Assembly (NCBI GenBank): GCA_043228905.1
Contig: JBHGNT010000017.1
Coordinates: 10,044,001-10,108,000 of the forward strand
Reading direction: 5' to 3'
Source of the DNA: Azolla caroliniana
Taxonomy: Eukaryota > Plantae > Polypodiophyta
DNA length: 64,000 nucleotides
The notes under the pieces were generated by a model that was given only the letters and a program-made list of their open reading frames with translations, did not search any database and was not told the origin of the DNA. The position numbers and the translations under genes were made by a program. Shown here piece after piece: positions 49,861 to 62,119 of the stretch (positions are counted from its first letter, which is position 1; each line of letters begins with the position of its first letter).

Positions 49861-50272
49861 TAAACTCGATGTAGTGCATCAAGTTCCCTTTGAAATCTCG
49901 TTGAATATGCGGGAACTCAATGCAGTGCATCGGGTTCCCTTTGAAAGCACCTAAGTCTTTAACAGGTAAGAGTTCCCATATATTCAGCACCTAAGGCTTT
50001 AACTGGGAACTCGATGCACTGCATCGAGTTCCCGATGAAAGCACTAGGCATTCAACGAGAACTCGATGCATTGCATCGAGTTCCCTTTGAAAGCACCTAA
50101 GTCTTTAACAGGTAAGAGTTCCCATATATTCAACACCTAAGGCTTTAACTGGGAACTCGATGCACTGCATCGAGTTCCCGATGAAAGCACTAGGCATTCA
50201 ACGAGAACTCGATGCATTGCATCGAGTTTCCATTGAGTATATGGGAACTCGATTCAATGCATCAAGGTCTCT
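49861..50272. repeat. Array of 7 copies of a 29-bp palindrome with a 146-bp higher-order duplication
   Basis: GGGAACTCGATGCA-n-TGCATCGAGTTCCC at about 49861, 49911, 50005, 50057, 50151, 50203 and 50243. Confidence 0.9.
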
Positions 50273-50368
50273 TTTCAAAATTTGATTTTAAAAAAACATC
50301 TTTTTGGAATCTTTACGTAATCTTAAAAATCGGTTAAAAGAATATACTTGGAAATTTTCTTTCCCTTG

Positions 50369-51377
50369 TGTTGGGAATTCGGTCCCTCCAGATGGGTTAA
50401 GACGAGCCAGATCGGATGAGCCAAAGAAAGGAGCCAGATCAGACGGACCCAGAAGGATATCTGGAAGGGGTCCAACCGGATCCGATGTGAACCATGAGAA
50501 GGGACATATTGGTAAATAGGTTCCTATGTGCCATTGAGGCCACATTTGTAAATAGCTCGTAACTTATATGAGTATAAATATAACTAGGGAAAATGTGTTG
50601 TAAAAAAAGCGAGTGGTCATTCTTATTGTTGTAGACAAAGAGAGAGAGAGAGCGAGAAACAGAAAGCATTTTCTGTTGTAACCGCTGGTTGGCAAATATA
50701 GAGCTCGAGGTCGTTGCCATAGAGTCTCACACTGTAGTATCTTTCTCTCATAGTGATAGTTGAATTCTATGGGCTCTCGTGGTTTTTTTCCTGATTAGGG
50801 TTTTCCACGTTAACCTCCGGTGTTGTTTCTTTCATCTTGTTAAGTGCATTTTACTTTCTGTTCAATCTTCCATCTGCATTGTGGATTTCGGTTGTGGTTG
50901 AGCACTATTTCTATCAATTTGGTATTAGAGCATGGAAGATCCATTCCGCGGCATGTACAAGCTCACCAGCTCCAACTACTCAGTGTGGAAGTCGAAGATT
51001 AGAGACATGTTAGTGGTAAATGATCTCAGGTTTCTGGTATAGTTTGGAGATGCAAAACCGGACAAAATAGATGTGCCAATTTGGGAGGTAATGCACATGA
51101 AGACGGCAACCTACATTCAATGCTTCATTGACATGAGCCTATATAACAACTTCAATGAGGAGAAGAGAGCCCACAAGCTCTAGAAGAAGATAAGCATCAT
51201 GTTTGAGAACAAGAATGTCATAAATCGAGTCTCGGTCTTTCGGAAGTTGGTGAGACTTAGATATTAAGACGGCTCCAGCATGGCGGAGCACATGAATGCC
51301 TTCCAAGGGCTAATAAATTAGACAACCTCGTTGGAAGTACCTCTAGCTGAGCAGGTACTCACATTGCTATTGCTCAG
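50369..51377 (+). mobile_element. Truncated Tork-like Copia: LTR (50369-50916), iMet PBS, start of gag
   Basis: TGTTGGG...CTATCA, then TGGTATTAGAGC at 50920-50931, then MYKLTSSNYSVWKSKIRDML...KNVINRVSVFRKLVRLRY. Confidence 0.85.
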
Positions 51378-51916
51378 TGTTGGGAAACAAGACCCTCCAG
51401 ATGAGAACTGGACGAGCCGGAGCAGACAAGGTGAAGGAAGGAACCGGACCGGATGGATCCGGAAGGTATCTGGCCGGACATATTTGTAATTATGTTCCGA
51501 TGTGACTGTTGAGGTCATATTTGTAAATAGTTGTAAATTTAAATGAGAATAAATATAACTAGGGCAATTGTGTAAGATATAGAGAGTTAGTCGAGAATGT
51601 TGTTATTGTTGTACATAGAGTGAGAGAGGGAGAGAGAGGGAGAGAGATATAGAAAGCATTTTCTGTTGTAACTGCCATTTGGCAAAGATACAAAGCTCGA
51701 GGTTGTTTCCTCTAAGACTCTTATTTGTAATACATCTTACTTGTTACAGTGATCCTGTTCGGATTTTTAAGAACTCTCGTGGTTTTTCCCGATTAGGGTT
51801 TCCATGTTAATATTCGGTGTCGCCTCTTTCATCTTGTTGAGTGCATTGTTACTTTTTGTTCAATCTTCCATTTTGGAGTTGTGGATCTCGGTTGTGGCCG
51901 AGCACTATTTCTATCA
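51378..51916 (+). repeat. Second Tork-like LTR, related to 50369-50916 and 19022-19664
   Basis: TGTTGGG...GTGGCCGAGCACTATTTCTATCA with the shared GTGGTTTTTCC..TTAGGGTTTTCCA motif; no TSD found. Confidence 0.8.
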
Positions 51917-51939
51917 ATCTAGACTCGGTTGCAATAGAA

Positions 51940-53865
51940 TCAATAAATGTAGTGACCCAGCCGGAATCGGCCATACTGGAAAAGTGATGGAGCAGTTGTA
52001 CCAATCCACCGTTGGATTATGTGTCTCCAACCAAGATAACCCCAAAACAATCAGATGTCGGGGGGTTGCAATGAGGTAGAACATGAGTACCTCATGGTTG
52101 GACCTGACTTGAAGAACCAACGAGAGAGTGACGTATGTAACCAGCCCCGAAGAGAGAACCCGACCGTCGATAGCTTCAACGGATATGGGTTGTGATGTGG
52201 GGACGGTGGGGATATTATGTGCGCGGATAAAACAAGTAGATGCTCTGGAATTGAGCAAGGCATGAGAGTGTATTGAAGTCGATCCAAAACCAAGACTTAC
52301 TTTCAAAGCAAACCCTCCTAATGGTGGAAACAACTTGTAGGAGCACGAAGAAGGTGGGTAACGGGAAGCGTCCAGCTACATGGCTCCTACTCCAATCGGA
52401 CTTCGTCATTTTCCTATTGTCGAGGAACCTCTGCAAGAAGGGTACAATGGAATTGGTGCTGAGGGCCCCTCATCGACTAGTGGCATATGACATGGCCGAG
52501 GTTACCACAATAGAGATTGACGCCATTGTCACGATGATGTTGGCGTTGGGCATCGGTTAGTGGTTGGAACCGAGCGTGGTCAATCTCCATCTACATATGG
52601 GAATCGACTTCCATCGTAGTATGAGTATCACCGGGGGATGGTAAAGTTTCGGGGTATGAGTATCACCGGGCGTAGGTGGCGAAACTGAGATGTAGGGCCA
52701 GACTAGGCATGCGTTTCAGGAGGAAGACTGATACCCACAGGTCCAACGCTCTTCCTAACGAAGTTCGAACTAACGATTATCACACTGGACGGCTTGGGAA
52801 ATTACTTCAGACAAAGAGGTGAGCTCCCGAAGTTTAAAAGAAGAGTATTGATATCGTTTTGGAGACCGAGATGAAAATGGTCGCATAAGGCTTGGTCATC
52901 CAACTGACATCTCGGGCAATCTGACGGAACTCTAAAGCGTAGACAGAGGTTTGATGTGAGCCTTGTTGGAAGGAATAGAGCTTCATGAGTGCCGGTCTAT
53001 CTCGCCGAATGTAGGTTTGAGCTCCTCAATGAAAGCAGTGAAGTTTTCTAAGAGAGGAGATGAGGTCTCAACCAAGGGCGCAAACCACACTTGCGTCAGT
53101 CTTGAGAGAAGAGTGCCGACAAGGCTGACCGGAGAAAAGTAGCTAGCATACCGTTCAGGTTGTAACCGGATGATAAGTTGAATTTGATTGATGAAGCCGC
53201 GAAGATACACCCTCGTGCCGTTGAATTTGTCCGGTAGGTTGACAATTAGTTCAAGGAAATATGGATGGGAAGAGGACGTGGTCGGGCTAGGTACTGGCAG
53301 TGGTTGTGACTCGACGGGTGGTGGATTTCTTGAAGTTCCGGATTGCAACTCTCGTAATGATTCCCGAAGGATTTCCTTCTCTAGTTGAAGTTGTTACAAG
53401 GTTGCCATGACTTGGTTTAGGTTGTCGACGGAGTCAGACATGGTAGCACGAAAAGGAAGGTGAACAAACTATCACGGACAAGTATAATAGACTAGAGCGA
53501 AGACAAGACTAAGAACTAGAAGAGAGGAAAAAGAACAAGAACTCAAACTTATGATTCCGTAACTAGTGTTGTTCACCTTGAGCAAGAACTTTCTCAGGTG
53601 CTCCTGAGATTTATACAAGAGGTAAGGCTATGTATGGTAGCTAGAAATAGAGTATGCATGAGGATGTATGCAATCTAAGAATAGAGGATACATGCAAGCT
53701 AGGAAACTTTCAAGTTTCAATCTATAATACATGAAGTTGGGTTTTATGCAAGAATGCATATGTAGCTTAGTGGGTAGGATTGCCCAATGGAGACTAGGAG
53801 GTCTTGGGTTCAATCCCTACCTTCCTCTGTGGCATATGTCTATGATAGCTGATAGGCGTCAGAGA
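51940..53865 (-). mobile_element. Truncated Tcn1-like Gypsy (LTR remnant about 53550-53865, gag, protease)
   Basis: LPDKFNGTRVYLRGFINQIQLIIRLQPERY...WFAPLVE and VEAIDGR...LIVLGLSWLETHNPTVDW, homologous to 34896-36459. LTR boundaries are approximate. Confidence 0.8.
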
Positions 53866-53869
53866 TCGT

Positions 53870-54368
53870 AGCATGTTATTAGCATTTTTGTAATGACGCA
53901 CAAAGCCAAATTGATGGCGGTGAACACCAGAATATCGAATGAGGTGTGGTATGTGGATTCGGGTGCATCGAACCACATGACGAACCACACAGAGTAGTTC
54001 TCGATCCCGGAGCAACCAAGGGTTGTTGAAACTGACGACGATACCTTTCACCCCATCGAACACATCTGACATGTCCCTCTACGCCATGTCAGGCAGAAGG
54101 GAATCATTAGAAATGTCTTGCATGTGTCGACAATCACCAAGAACTTGCTATCGTTCGGACAAATTGTCGATTAGGGCATGCAAGTTTCATTTACTCACCT
54201 CGGGTGTTTCATCGAAGAAGAAGGCAAGATCATCATGAAAGGGCACAAAGAAGGGAGGATGTTTATCCTCAAAACGAATGACCTAGGCACCAACCACTAT
54301 GTTCGCCAAGGGGACAAAAATCAAATCAGACATCGACTTGTGGCACTAGCGATTCGGCTAATCAACTC
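53870..54368 (+). mobile_element. Copia protease/pre-integrase fragment; continues at 59697-60060
   Basis: EVWYVDSGASNHMT and GCFIEEEGKII; after the insertion, QLPFPNEQ...LDLIHLDVWGP. Confidence 0.8.
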
Positions 54369-57300
54369 TGTTGGGAAATAAGCTATACATGGTATGTGAT
54401 GCTTATTGGGAAATAAGCTATAGTAGCTATTTAGCTACTTGTGAACATAAAGGAGAAACAGTTAATTAGCTACTGACAGCTATTTAGTAACTGACAACTA
54501 ATTAGGTACAGGCAGCTAATTAGCTGCATATGTAAGTAACTTATTACTTAGGTAAAAAGTAAGAGAGTAGGGAAGTAAGAAATATACAGGAAGTAGAACT
54601 CTAAGAGAGATAGTGAGGATAGAGAGGAAGAACTCAGAGAGTGAGAGTAGAAGAGAGAAACAGACGAGAGCAAGTAGAGCTCTGCGTGTAATGAAGTACA
54701 AGAAGTTTTGGCTGCTACTGAGGTAAGTCTCCTTCCCCCTTCCCTTCTGTGTTTGAGCACCAAACGATCCAGCACACCACAATCCGCCGCACACATAAGA
54801 AGAGCCCAAGTGCCTTCTTCACGTTTTCTTAACATGGTATCAGACGCGAGTTGCTCATAAAGAAGAGTACAAAAGTGCATAGATCTGAGAAAGGTATTTC
54901 TCTGGTTGCTGATCTGAATCAGAAAGTTACTTGTTGAAGTAATCGTAGCAGAAACCTTAGTTTGGAAGAGATAATGTCTGCAGAGAATGCGGGCCAAATA
55001 GTTACAGAGAAACTAGATAAAAACAATTTCCCGGCGTGGAAATTTAGAATGACAAATTTCCTGATGGGGAAAGGATATTGGGATTACATTGAAGGAGACC
55101 TAGAAGAGGCTCCGGAGATCCCAGAAGAAAATGCCACAGCAGCACAGATTAAAGCATTCAAAGATTGGAATCAAGGGGCAAGGAAGGTAATGCATTGGCT
55201 CTCACTTAGCATCTCAGATTCGATGCTTGGGCACATACAGGATGCTATGCTCCCAAAAGAAGCTTGGGACAGTTTGGTAAAATTGTTTGCAGTAAACACA
55301 AAACCTAGAAAGCTACAGTTGAAGACTAAGCTAAATACCTTAGAAAAAGGTAAGATGTCAATAAATGAGTATGCTTTGAAAATAAAGAGCATATGCGAAT
55401 CACTTGCTTCTATCAATGTAAAGATAGAAGATGATGATAAGGTAGAAATATGCTTGAGAGGCTTAGGACCTCAATACAAAAGCTTTAAAACCTCTATGCT
55501 TACAAGGGATAATATCCCAAGTTTTCCAGATCTGGTTTCAATGCTTGTAGTAGAAGAAAGGAATCAGATGGATGATGTAAATAAAGGAAATCTTGAGAAT
55601 GAGGGGAAAGCCCTATATGATAGTGCTGGAAGAGGCCGAGGAAGAGGCTATGAAAGATTTGGCTCAGCAAGAACCAACAATAATGGTTATCAAGGAAGAG
55701 GACAACAAACCATTAGAGGAAGAAACAACAACAAAGGCAGGGGGAGCAACCAAGGTAGAGGTAAGCAAACATATGTAAATGATGATGGATGTTGGTATTG
55801 TGGAAAACCAGGCAACACACAGGCTGCATGTTACAAGAAGCAAAATGATGAGCAAAGAGGAAAGAGATAGCAGAATAACTATGCCCAAAGTAGTGAAGAT
55901 TGTGAAAAAGATGGTGCATTTGTGGTCCAACATGAGATAGCAGCAGTGGCTGAAATCTCACAAAAATGTAATGAAGAGTTTACATGGTATGTAGACTCGG
56001 GAGCATCTAACCATATGACTGGACATGCAAACTGGTTTGAAAGGTTAAGAGAACGAGAGATTCCTGGCTATGTACAGACGGGTGATAATAGTACTCACCA
56101 AATAGAACATGTTGGAGATATCCCATTGTGGGAAGAAAAAGGAAAGACTAAGTATATGTTGAATGTAATGCATGTTCCAAATCTTGCTAAGAATCTGATT
56201 TCTATTGGACAGATAGTAGAGCAAGGTATGCAAGTAAAGTTTAAGAAAAGTGGATGCTATATAGAAAAGAATGGGAAGCTCATTGCAAAAGGAAAACGAC
56301 AAGGAAGAATGTTTATTTTGGATGTTGACATGCCTAGACAGATTTCAGCTATGTTTGCAAATGGAATGAGTGTAGTCTCAGATGTGGAAATGTGGCATAA
56401 AAGGATTGGCCACATAAGTATGCAAACCCTAAAGAATATCTTGAGAAAAGATGCAGTGGTTGGACTGCCAAAACTGAAAAATTGCGAAATGGGAAAGATA
56501 TGTGAGGCATGTCAATATAGAAAGCAAAATAGTTTGCCATTCCCTCATGAAAGACATGTAAGTAAAAATTTGTTGGATTTGGTACATACGGATGTATGGG
56601 GACCAACTAAGAATGCATCTATCAGTGGCTGCAGATTCTATGTAACTTTTATTGATGATTGCTCAAGGAAAACATGGGTGTACTTCATGAAAGAGAAAAG
56701 TGAAGTGTTTGAATGTTTTAGTAAGTTTAAATGCAAGGTAGAAAAGCAGGCACGTACAAGAATAAAATGTTTAAGATCTGATGGAGGAGGAGAGTATTTC
56801 TCCAATGAATTTCCTGATTTTCTATGCAATCAGGGAATAAGAAGACAGTTCACATGTAGATATACTCCACAGCAAAATGGAGTTGCTGAGAGGAAAAATA
56901 GAACATTGGTGAACATTGCAAGGGCTTTGATGACAGAGAAGAATATGTCATTGTACTATTGGGCAGAAGTTGTAAATACAACAAATTATATTCTAAATAG
57001 ATGTATAACATCGGGAGTACATGAAGCAACTCCTGAAGAGTGTTTCTATGGAAGGAAACCTAGTTTAGAACACTTAAAAGTGTTTGGATGCCTTGCATTT
57101 GTACATGTGCCTGCAGAAGTAAGAAGTAAGCTAGATCCAAAAGAAGAAAAATGTATTTTTGTTGGCTATTCAGAAGAACAAAAAGGGTATATATGCTATA
57201 ACCTTGTAACAAAGAAGATTGTGACAAGTAGGGATGTAATCTTTCATGAGTTAGCCAGCTGGTATAGTCCAAAACAGAATCCAGAGACTGATGAAGACAA

Positions 57301-59696
57301 TGAGATCGAAGACAGAGACAAATCTGAAAATGTAGAAGACTGGCATAGAGATGGAAGCAAGGTTGGACAGCAAAGTCCAACATCAACAGAATGTTCTGGA
57401 CCATCAAAAAGCTCAGATGGTAAATCTTATTCGAATTCTTGGAGTGGAAAAAGTGGAGGACACAGAAACTGTGATGATAAAAAAGGAAAACAGAAAATGC
57501 CAGAGTATGAAATGTTGGATGACTTGTCTAAAAACATGGAAGATGAGGATTCAGATATGTCATTGGATGTGATACATATATGGCTATGCATTATGCATAT
57601 ATGTCTAAGGTGGTACAGATCCCTGATCCAAGTAGTTTTGATGAGGCTAAAACTGAGAGGAAATGGGTGGATGCAATGCAAGAAGAGATTGATGCATTGG
57701 CTGAAAACAAAACATGGGATTTGGTGAAGTTACCAAAAGGAAAAAATGTGGTAGGTTGCAAATGGGGCTACAAGACAAAGCATGATTCCAGTGGGAATGT
57801 AAGTAGACATAAAGCAAGATTGGTTGCAAAGGGATATGCCCAAATGCAAGGAATTGATTATGATGAGACATTTGCACCGGTTGCAAAGATGGCAACATTG
57901 AGGACATTATTGGCTATAGGTGCAGCCAGAAGATGGTTTCTTCATCATATGGATGTAAAAAATGTTTTTTTACATGGTAACTTGGAAGAAGAAGTGTATA
58001 TGTGTCAACCACCAGGTTTTGAAGATAGGAAGCATCCAGATTATGTATGTAAGCTGAAAAAGGCTCTCTATGGACTGAAACAGGCACCAAGAGCATGGCA
58101 CAGAGAACTTTCAGATTATCTGAAAAAACTTTACTTCCAAAAGTCAAAGGTTGATTCATCATTGTATGTTAAAAGGAAAGATGATTGTATTGTTGTGATT
58201 CTGATTTATGTTGATGATCTCATCATTGGAGGTGATTCCATGGATGAAATAAGTAAGCTGAAAAGAAATATGGAAATGCAATTTCATATGAAAGATTTGG
58301 GAGATCAGAGATATTTTTTGGGTATTGAAATCATCAGATCTGAAAGTGGTATGTATATATGTGTTGCAAAGACAATATGCAACAACTATGTTGAAAAAGT
58401 ATGGTATGCTTGGATGCAAACCTATTGGGGTACCACTAGATAAAAACTGCAAATTGAGGGTTGATTTGGGAGCCAAAATAGAAGATGTAAACATGTACAG
58501 GTCTATGGTGGGCAGCCTTATTTATTTGACCATAACAAGACCTGATTTGAGTTATGCAATTGGATTAGTCAGCCAATTTATGCAACAGCCAACAAAGCCG
58601 CATTTGGACTGCATTAGAAGAATTCTGAGGTATGTAAAAGCTACTCAGAACTATGGATTGTTTTACAAGGCTGATTTGGACATAAATCTGGAAGGATATA
58701 CAGATGCTGATTGGGCTGGAAGCCAAACAGATAGAAGATCCACAAGTGGATATATGTTTTCATTGGGAAGTGCAGGTATTTCATGGAGTAGCAAGAAACA
58801 AGCTATTGTTGCATTGTCTTGTACTGAAGCTGAGTACAGAGGAGTCGCCATAGCCACTTGTGAAGAGGTATGGATCAGAAGATTGCTTGCTAATTTGGGA
58901 GAGTATATAGATGGTATTGTCACAATCTAGTGTGACAATATGAGCAGCATTCAGCTTGCAAAAAATCTAGTGTTCCATGCAAGAACAAAGCACATTGAAG
59001 TGCATTATCACTTTGTTAGAGAAAAAGTGATTGAAGGAGAAGTTGATCTGGTGTATGTGAATACAAATCAGCAGGTTGCTGGTATTCTCACAAAGGGATT
59101 GAGTGTGGAAAAGCATACATAGCTTCAGAACATGATGGGAGTTGTAGACACTGATATGATGGCTGAAAAGCATCATGGAAAAGAAGTTGTAGATAACCCC
59201 AAGAAAGGATAAGTTGAGCTTGAGGGGGAGTGTTGAGAAGCAAGCTCAACATGGTATGTGATGCTTATTGGGAAATAAGCTATAGTAGTTATTTAGCTAC
59301 TTGTGAACATAAAGGAGAAACAACTAATTAGCTACTGATAGCTAATTAGCTACTGACAGCTATTTAGCGACTGACAGCTAATTAGCTGCATATGTAAGTA
59401 ACTTATTACTTAGGTAAAAAGTAAGAGAGTAGGGAAGTAAGAAATATACAAGAAGTAGAACTCTTAGAGAGAGAGTGAGGATAGAGAGGAAGAACTCAGA
59501 GAGTGAGAGTAGAAGAGAGAAACAGACGAGAGCAAGTAGAGCTCTGCGTGTAATGAAGTACAAGAAGTTTTGGCTGCTACAGAGGTAAGTCTCCTTCCCC
59601 CTTCCCTTCTGTGTTTGAGCACCAAACGATCCAGCACACCACGATCCGCCGCGCACATAAGAAGAGCCCGAGTGCCTTCTTCACGTTTTCTTAACA
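54369..59696 (+). mobile_element. Full-length AT-rich Ty1/Copia
   Basis: 466-bp LTRs at 54369-54834 and 59231-59696; perfect TSD AACTC; PBS TGGTATCAGA at 54835; PPT GAGGGGGAG at 59222-59230. Confidence 0.96.
54974..59212 (+). pseudogene. gag-pol: Copia gag-pol with several stops and frameshifts
   Basis: KLDKNNFPAWKFRM, WYVDSGASNHM, WHKRIGH, RSDGGGEY, PQQNGVAER, MDVKNVFLHG, IYVDDL, GYTDADW, ARTKHIEVHYHF. Confidence 0.93.
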
Positions 59697-60125
59697 AACT
59701 CCCTATAGCTTCGGGAGATGGAGAAGAAAAACATAATTTTCGGCTTGCCAAAATTCAGTGGCCAAAGCCTACCAATTAGGGAAGCATCACCAACTTCCGT
59801 TCCCCAATGAACAAAGTCGGAGACGAAATAAGCTCGATTTAATCCATTTGGATGTGTGGGGACCGGCGCATAATGTGAGTATTGGTGGAATCTTGAATTG
59901 GAGAAATACGAACAAAAAATTTTCATTGGTGGAATTCGTTACTTTGTAACTTTAATCGATGACTACACTCGGCACACTTGGGCGTGCTTGATCGAGAAAA
60001 AATGTGAACTCTTCTCCTACTTCTTGAAGGTGAAAAGCCTTGCCGAACGGGAGACCGGTTGAAAGGAATAGTTCTCTCATAATCTTTCTCTCTTGTCATC
60101 TCTCTCTCTTCCTTCTCTCTCATGT

Positions 60126-61032
60126 TGTCGTAGTGTAATTCGCACACTATGTGAAAAATTACATTTTTGGTTTCTCCGGATAGGATATGGAGTACCTAGT
60201 GAGAACCGGAAGGAAGAACCGGTGACGACCGAAACCGGTAAGGAGACCGGCAAGAGCCGGATGAAGAAGGCCGGTGAGAGTCGGTGAGAAACGGACGAAG
60301 AGGACCGGTAAGGAGGATCCGGTAAGAACCGGATAAAGAAAACCGGCAAGAACCGGATGAAGCAGAACCGGCAAGAGCCGGATGAAGAAGGCCAGTGAGA
60401 GTCTCTCATCAGATGAAGAGACATATTTATAAATAGAAGAAAGTATAAAATTATATATTACATGCATAGGGCAAGATTCGAACCTTGCACCTCCATGTTA
60501 ATAATGTTAAGCCTTATCATTATACTAGCGTATTATGAATTTTAAAGTTATACTAAACTTTATCCCATGTAAAATTTCTAGACATGCATGGTACAAAAAG
60601 TTATTCATGCATAGACACTCGAGTAAAAAGAAAAGATGAGATAGAAAGCTAATCATGCACATGCAGTGTGCATGAAAACTAAAAATAGGAAAAGCATGAT
60701 GCTTGCATGTAATAAACTTAGACTCTTCCAACACTATATAAGGAAGAAAGAAAGATGTATAGAGGTTGTTGATTATTTTACAAGGGTTGATTAATATAAT
60801 ATAATCGTGGGATCCACGAATTTGCTAACTATTTTTCTCTCTTAATTTGAGTACTCACTAATACACTATACTCATGGGATTCACGAGTTTTTCATATCTT
60901 TCTTCCTTACAATATATTTCACATTCTTAATTGCCTTAGAATTTTCTTTCCTCCTAGTCCAAAACCCCAGCAGTTTCCACCCGACTCACGCAACGATCCG
61001 AAGCCGTAAGGCACGACACAAGTGGTGAACCC
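60126..61032 (+). mobile_element. Relic of the Trp-primed family: one LTR (60126-61018) plus a partial PBS
   Basis: TGTCGTAGTGTA...GGCACGACA termini match the reverse complement of 43437-44165; followed by CAAG-TGGTGAACCC. Confidence 0.85.
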
Positions 61033-61247
61033 CTTGAGAGGGGAGGGGGCCTAGTGCCATTCTAGGCACCACCCCCCACCCCGTAACGCTTCTCAATGCT
61101 CATCCCCACAATATCCCCATCACCATATATGCTCCTCATCAATCCATCCTCACTAACCATTTCCATCTTCGTTACTATCATAACCCTAACCCTAAAATCT
61201 ACACCACCACGATGGCATGTTCGAGTCAAGCGTTCTGATGGAAGGAG

Positions 61248-61730
61248 TCGATCGATGAATTTTCCGGTCGAAGAAAGATGATGATCAAGGCATGTGGGAT
61301 AAACGTGCAAGGCACTGCCCCACAGGCGTACCATCATGTGTTACCGTACGAGATGGACGGAGAGTTGAGTGTAACGTAGGTGGATGAGTAAAGGGTTACT
61401 TTGTATGTGTAAATGTGTACAAGTGTAATTGTGAGTGTCAGTGTCAGTAGTTTTGTATGTGAACACATGCACACGTGTGTGTGTGTGTGTGTGTGCATGT
61501 GTCGATCGATGAATTTTCCGGTCGAAGAAAGATGATGATCAAGGCATGTGGGATCAACGTGCAAGGCACTGCCCCACAGGCATGCCATCATGTGTTATCG
61601 TACGAGATGGACGGAGAGTTGAGTGTAACGTAGGTGGATGAGTAAAGGGTTACTCTGTATGTGTAAATGTGTACAAGTGTAATTGTGAGTGTGAGTGTGA
61701 GTAGTTTTGTATGTGAACACATGCACACAC

Positions 61731-61776
<46 letters not shown>

Positions 61777-61780
61777 ATGT
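61248..61780. repeat. 254-bp tandem duplication, each unit ending in a (TG)n microsatellite
   Basis: GTCGATCGATGAATTTTCCGGTCGAAG begins at about 61247 and 61501; (TG)n at about 61475 and 61735. Confidence 0.9.
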
Positions 61781-62119
61781 GGACAAATAAGAAGAGTTGT
61801 GAGTGAGTGATTAGTGTGAATCGCCAAGCAGGCTTGCACCCCTATGTATCTACCCTTTTGTAACTATTTAACCCCTTATAGGGAATGAATGAACAAGGAA
61901 TAGTTATCTCTCAATCTTTCTCCTTTGTCATCACTCGCTCTTCCTTCTCTCTCACGTTGAACCCCCTTGGGAGGGGGGTGGAGACATTCTAGGCACCAGC
62001 CCCCACCCCGCAATGCTTCTCAATGCTCATCCCCACAATATCCCCATCACCATATATGTTCATCATCAATCCATCCTCGCTAACCATTTACATCTTCGTT
62101 ACTAGCATAACTAACGATA

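Noticed and set aside
49861-50272. CRISPR-like appearance of regularly spaced palindromic repeats
   Set aside because: The spacers are themselves repeated (146-bp duplication) and short, there are no cas genes, and the context is eukaryotic.
50369-51916. A complete small element bounded by the two Tork-like LTRs
   Set aside because: The LTRs are clearly diverged, there is no PPT before the second, and the flanks (CCTTG / ATCTA) are not a TSD.
55868-55876. In-frame TAG between Copia gag and pol as programmed readthrough
   Set aside because: The context TAG-CAG-AAT is not the CARYYA readthrough signal, and the element has other C>T-type stops; CAG>TAG decay is simpler.
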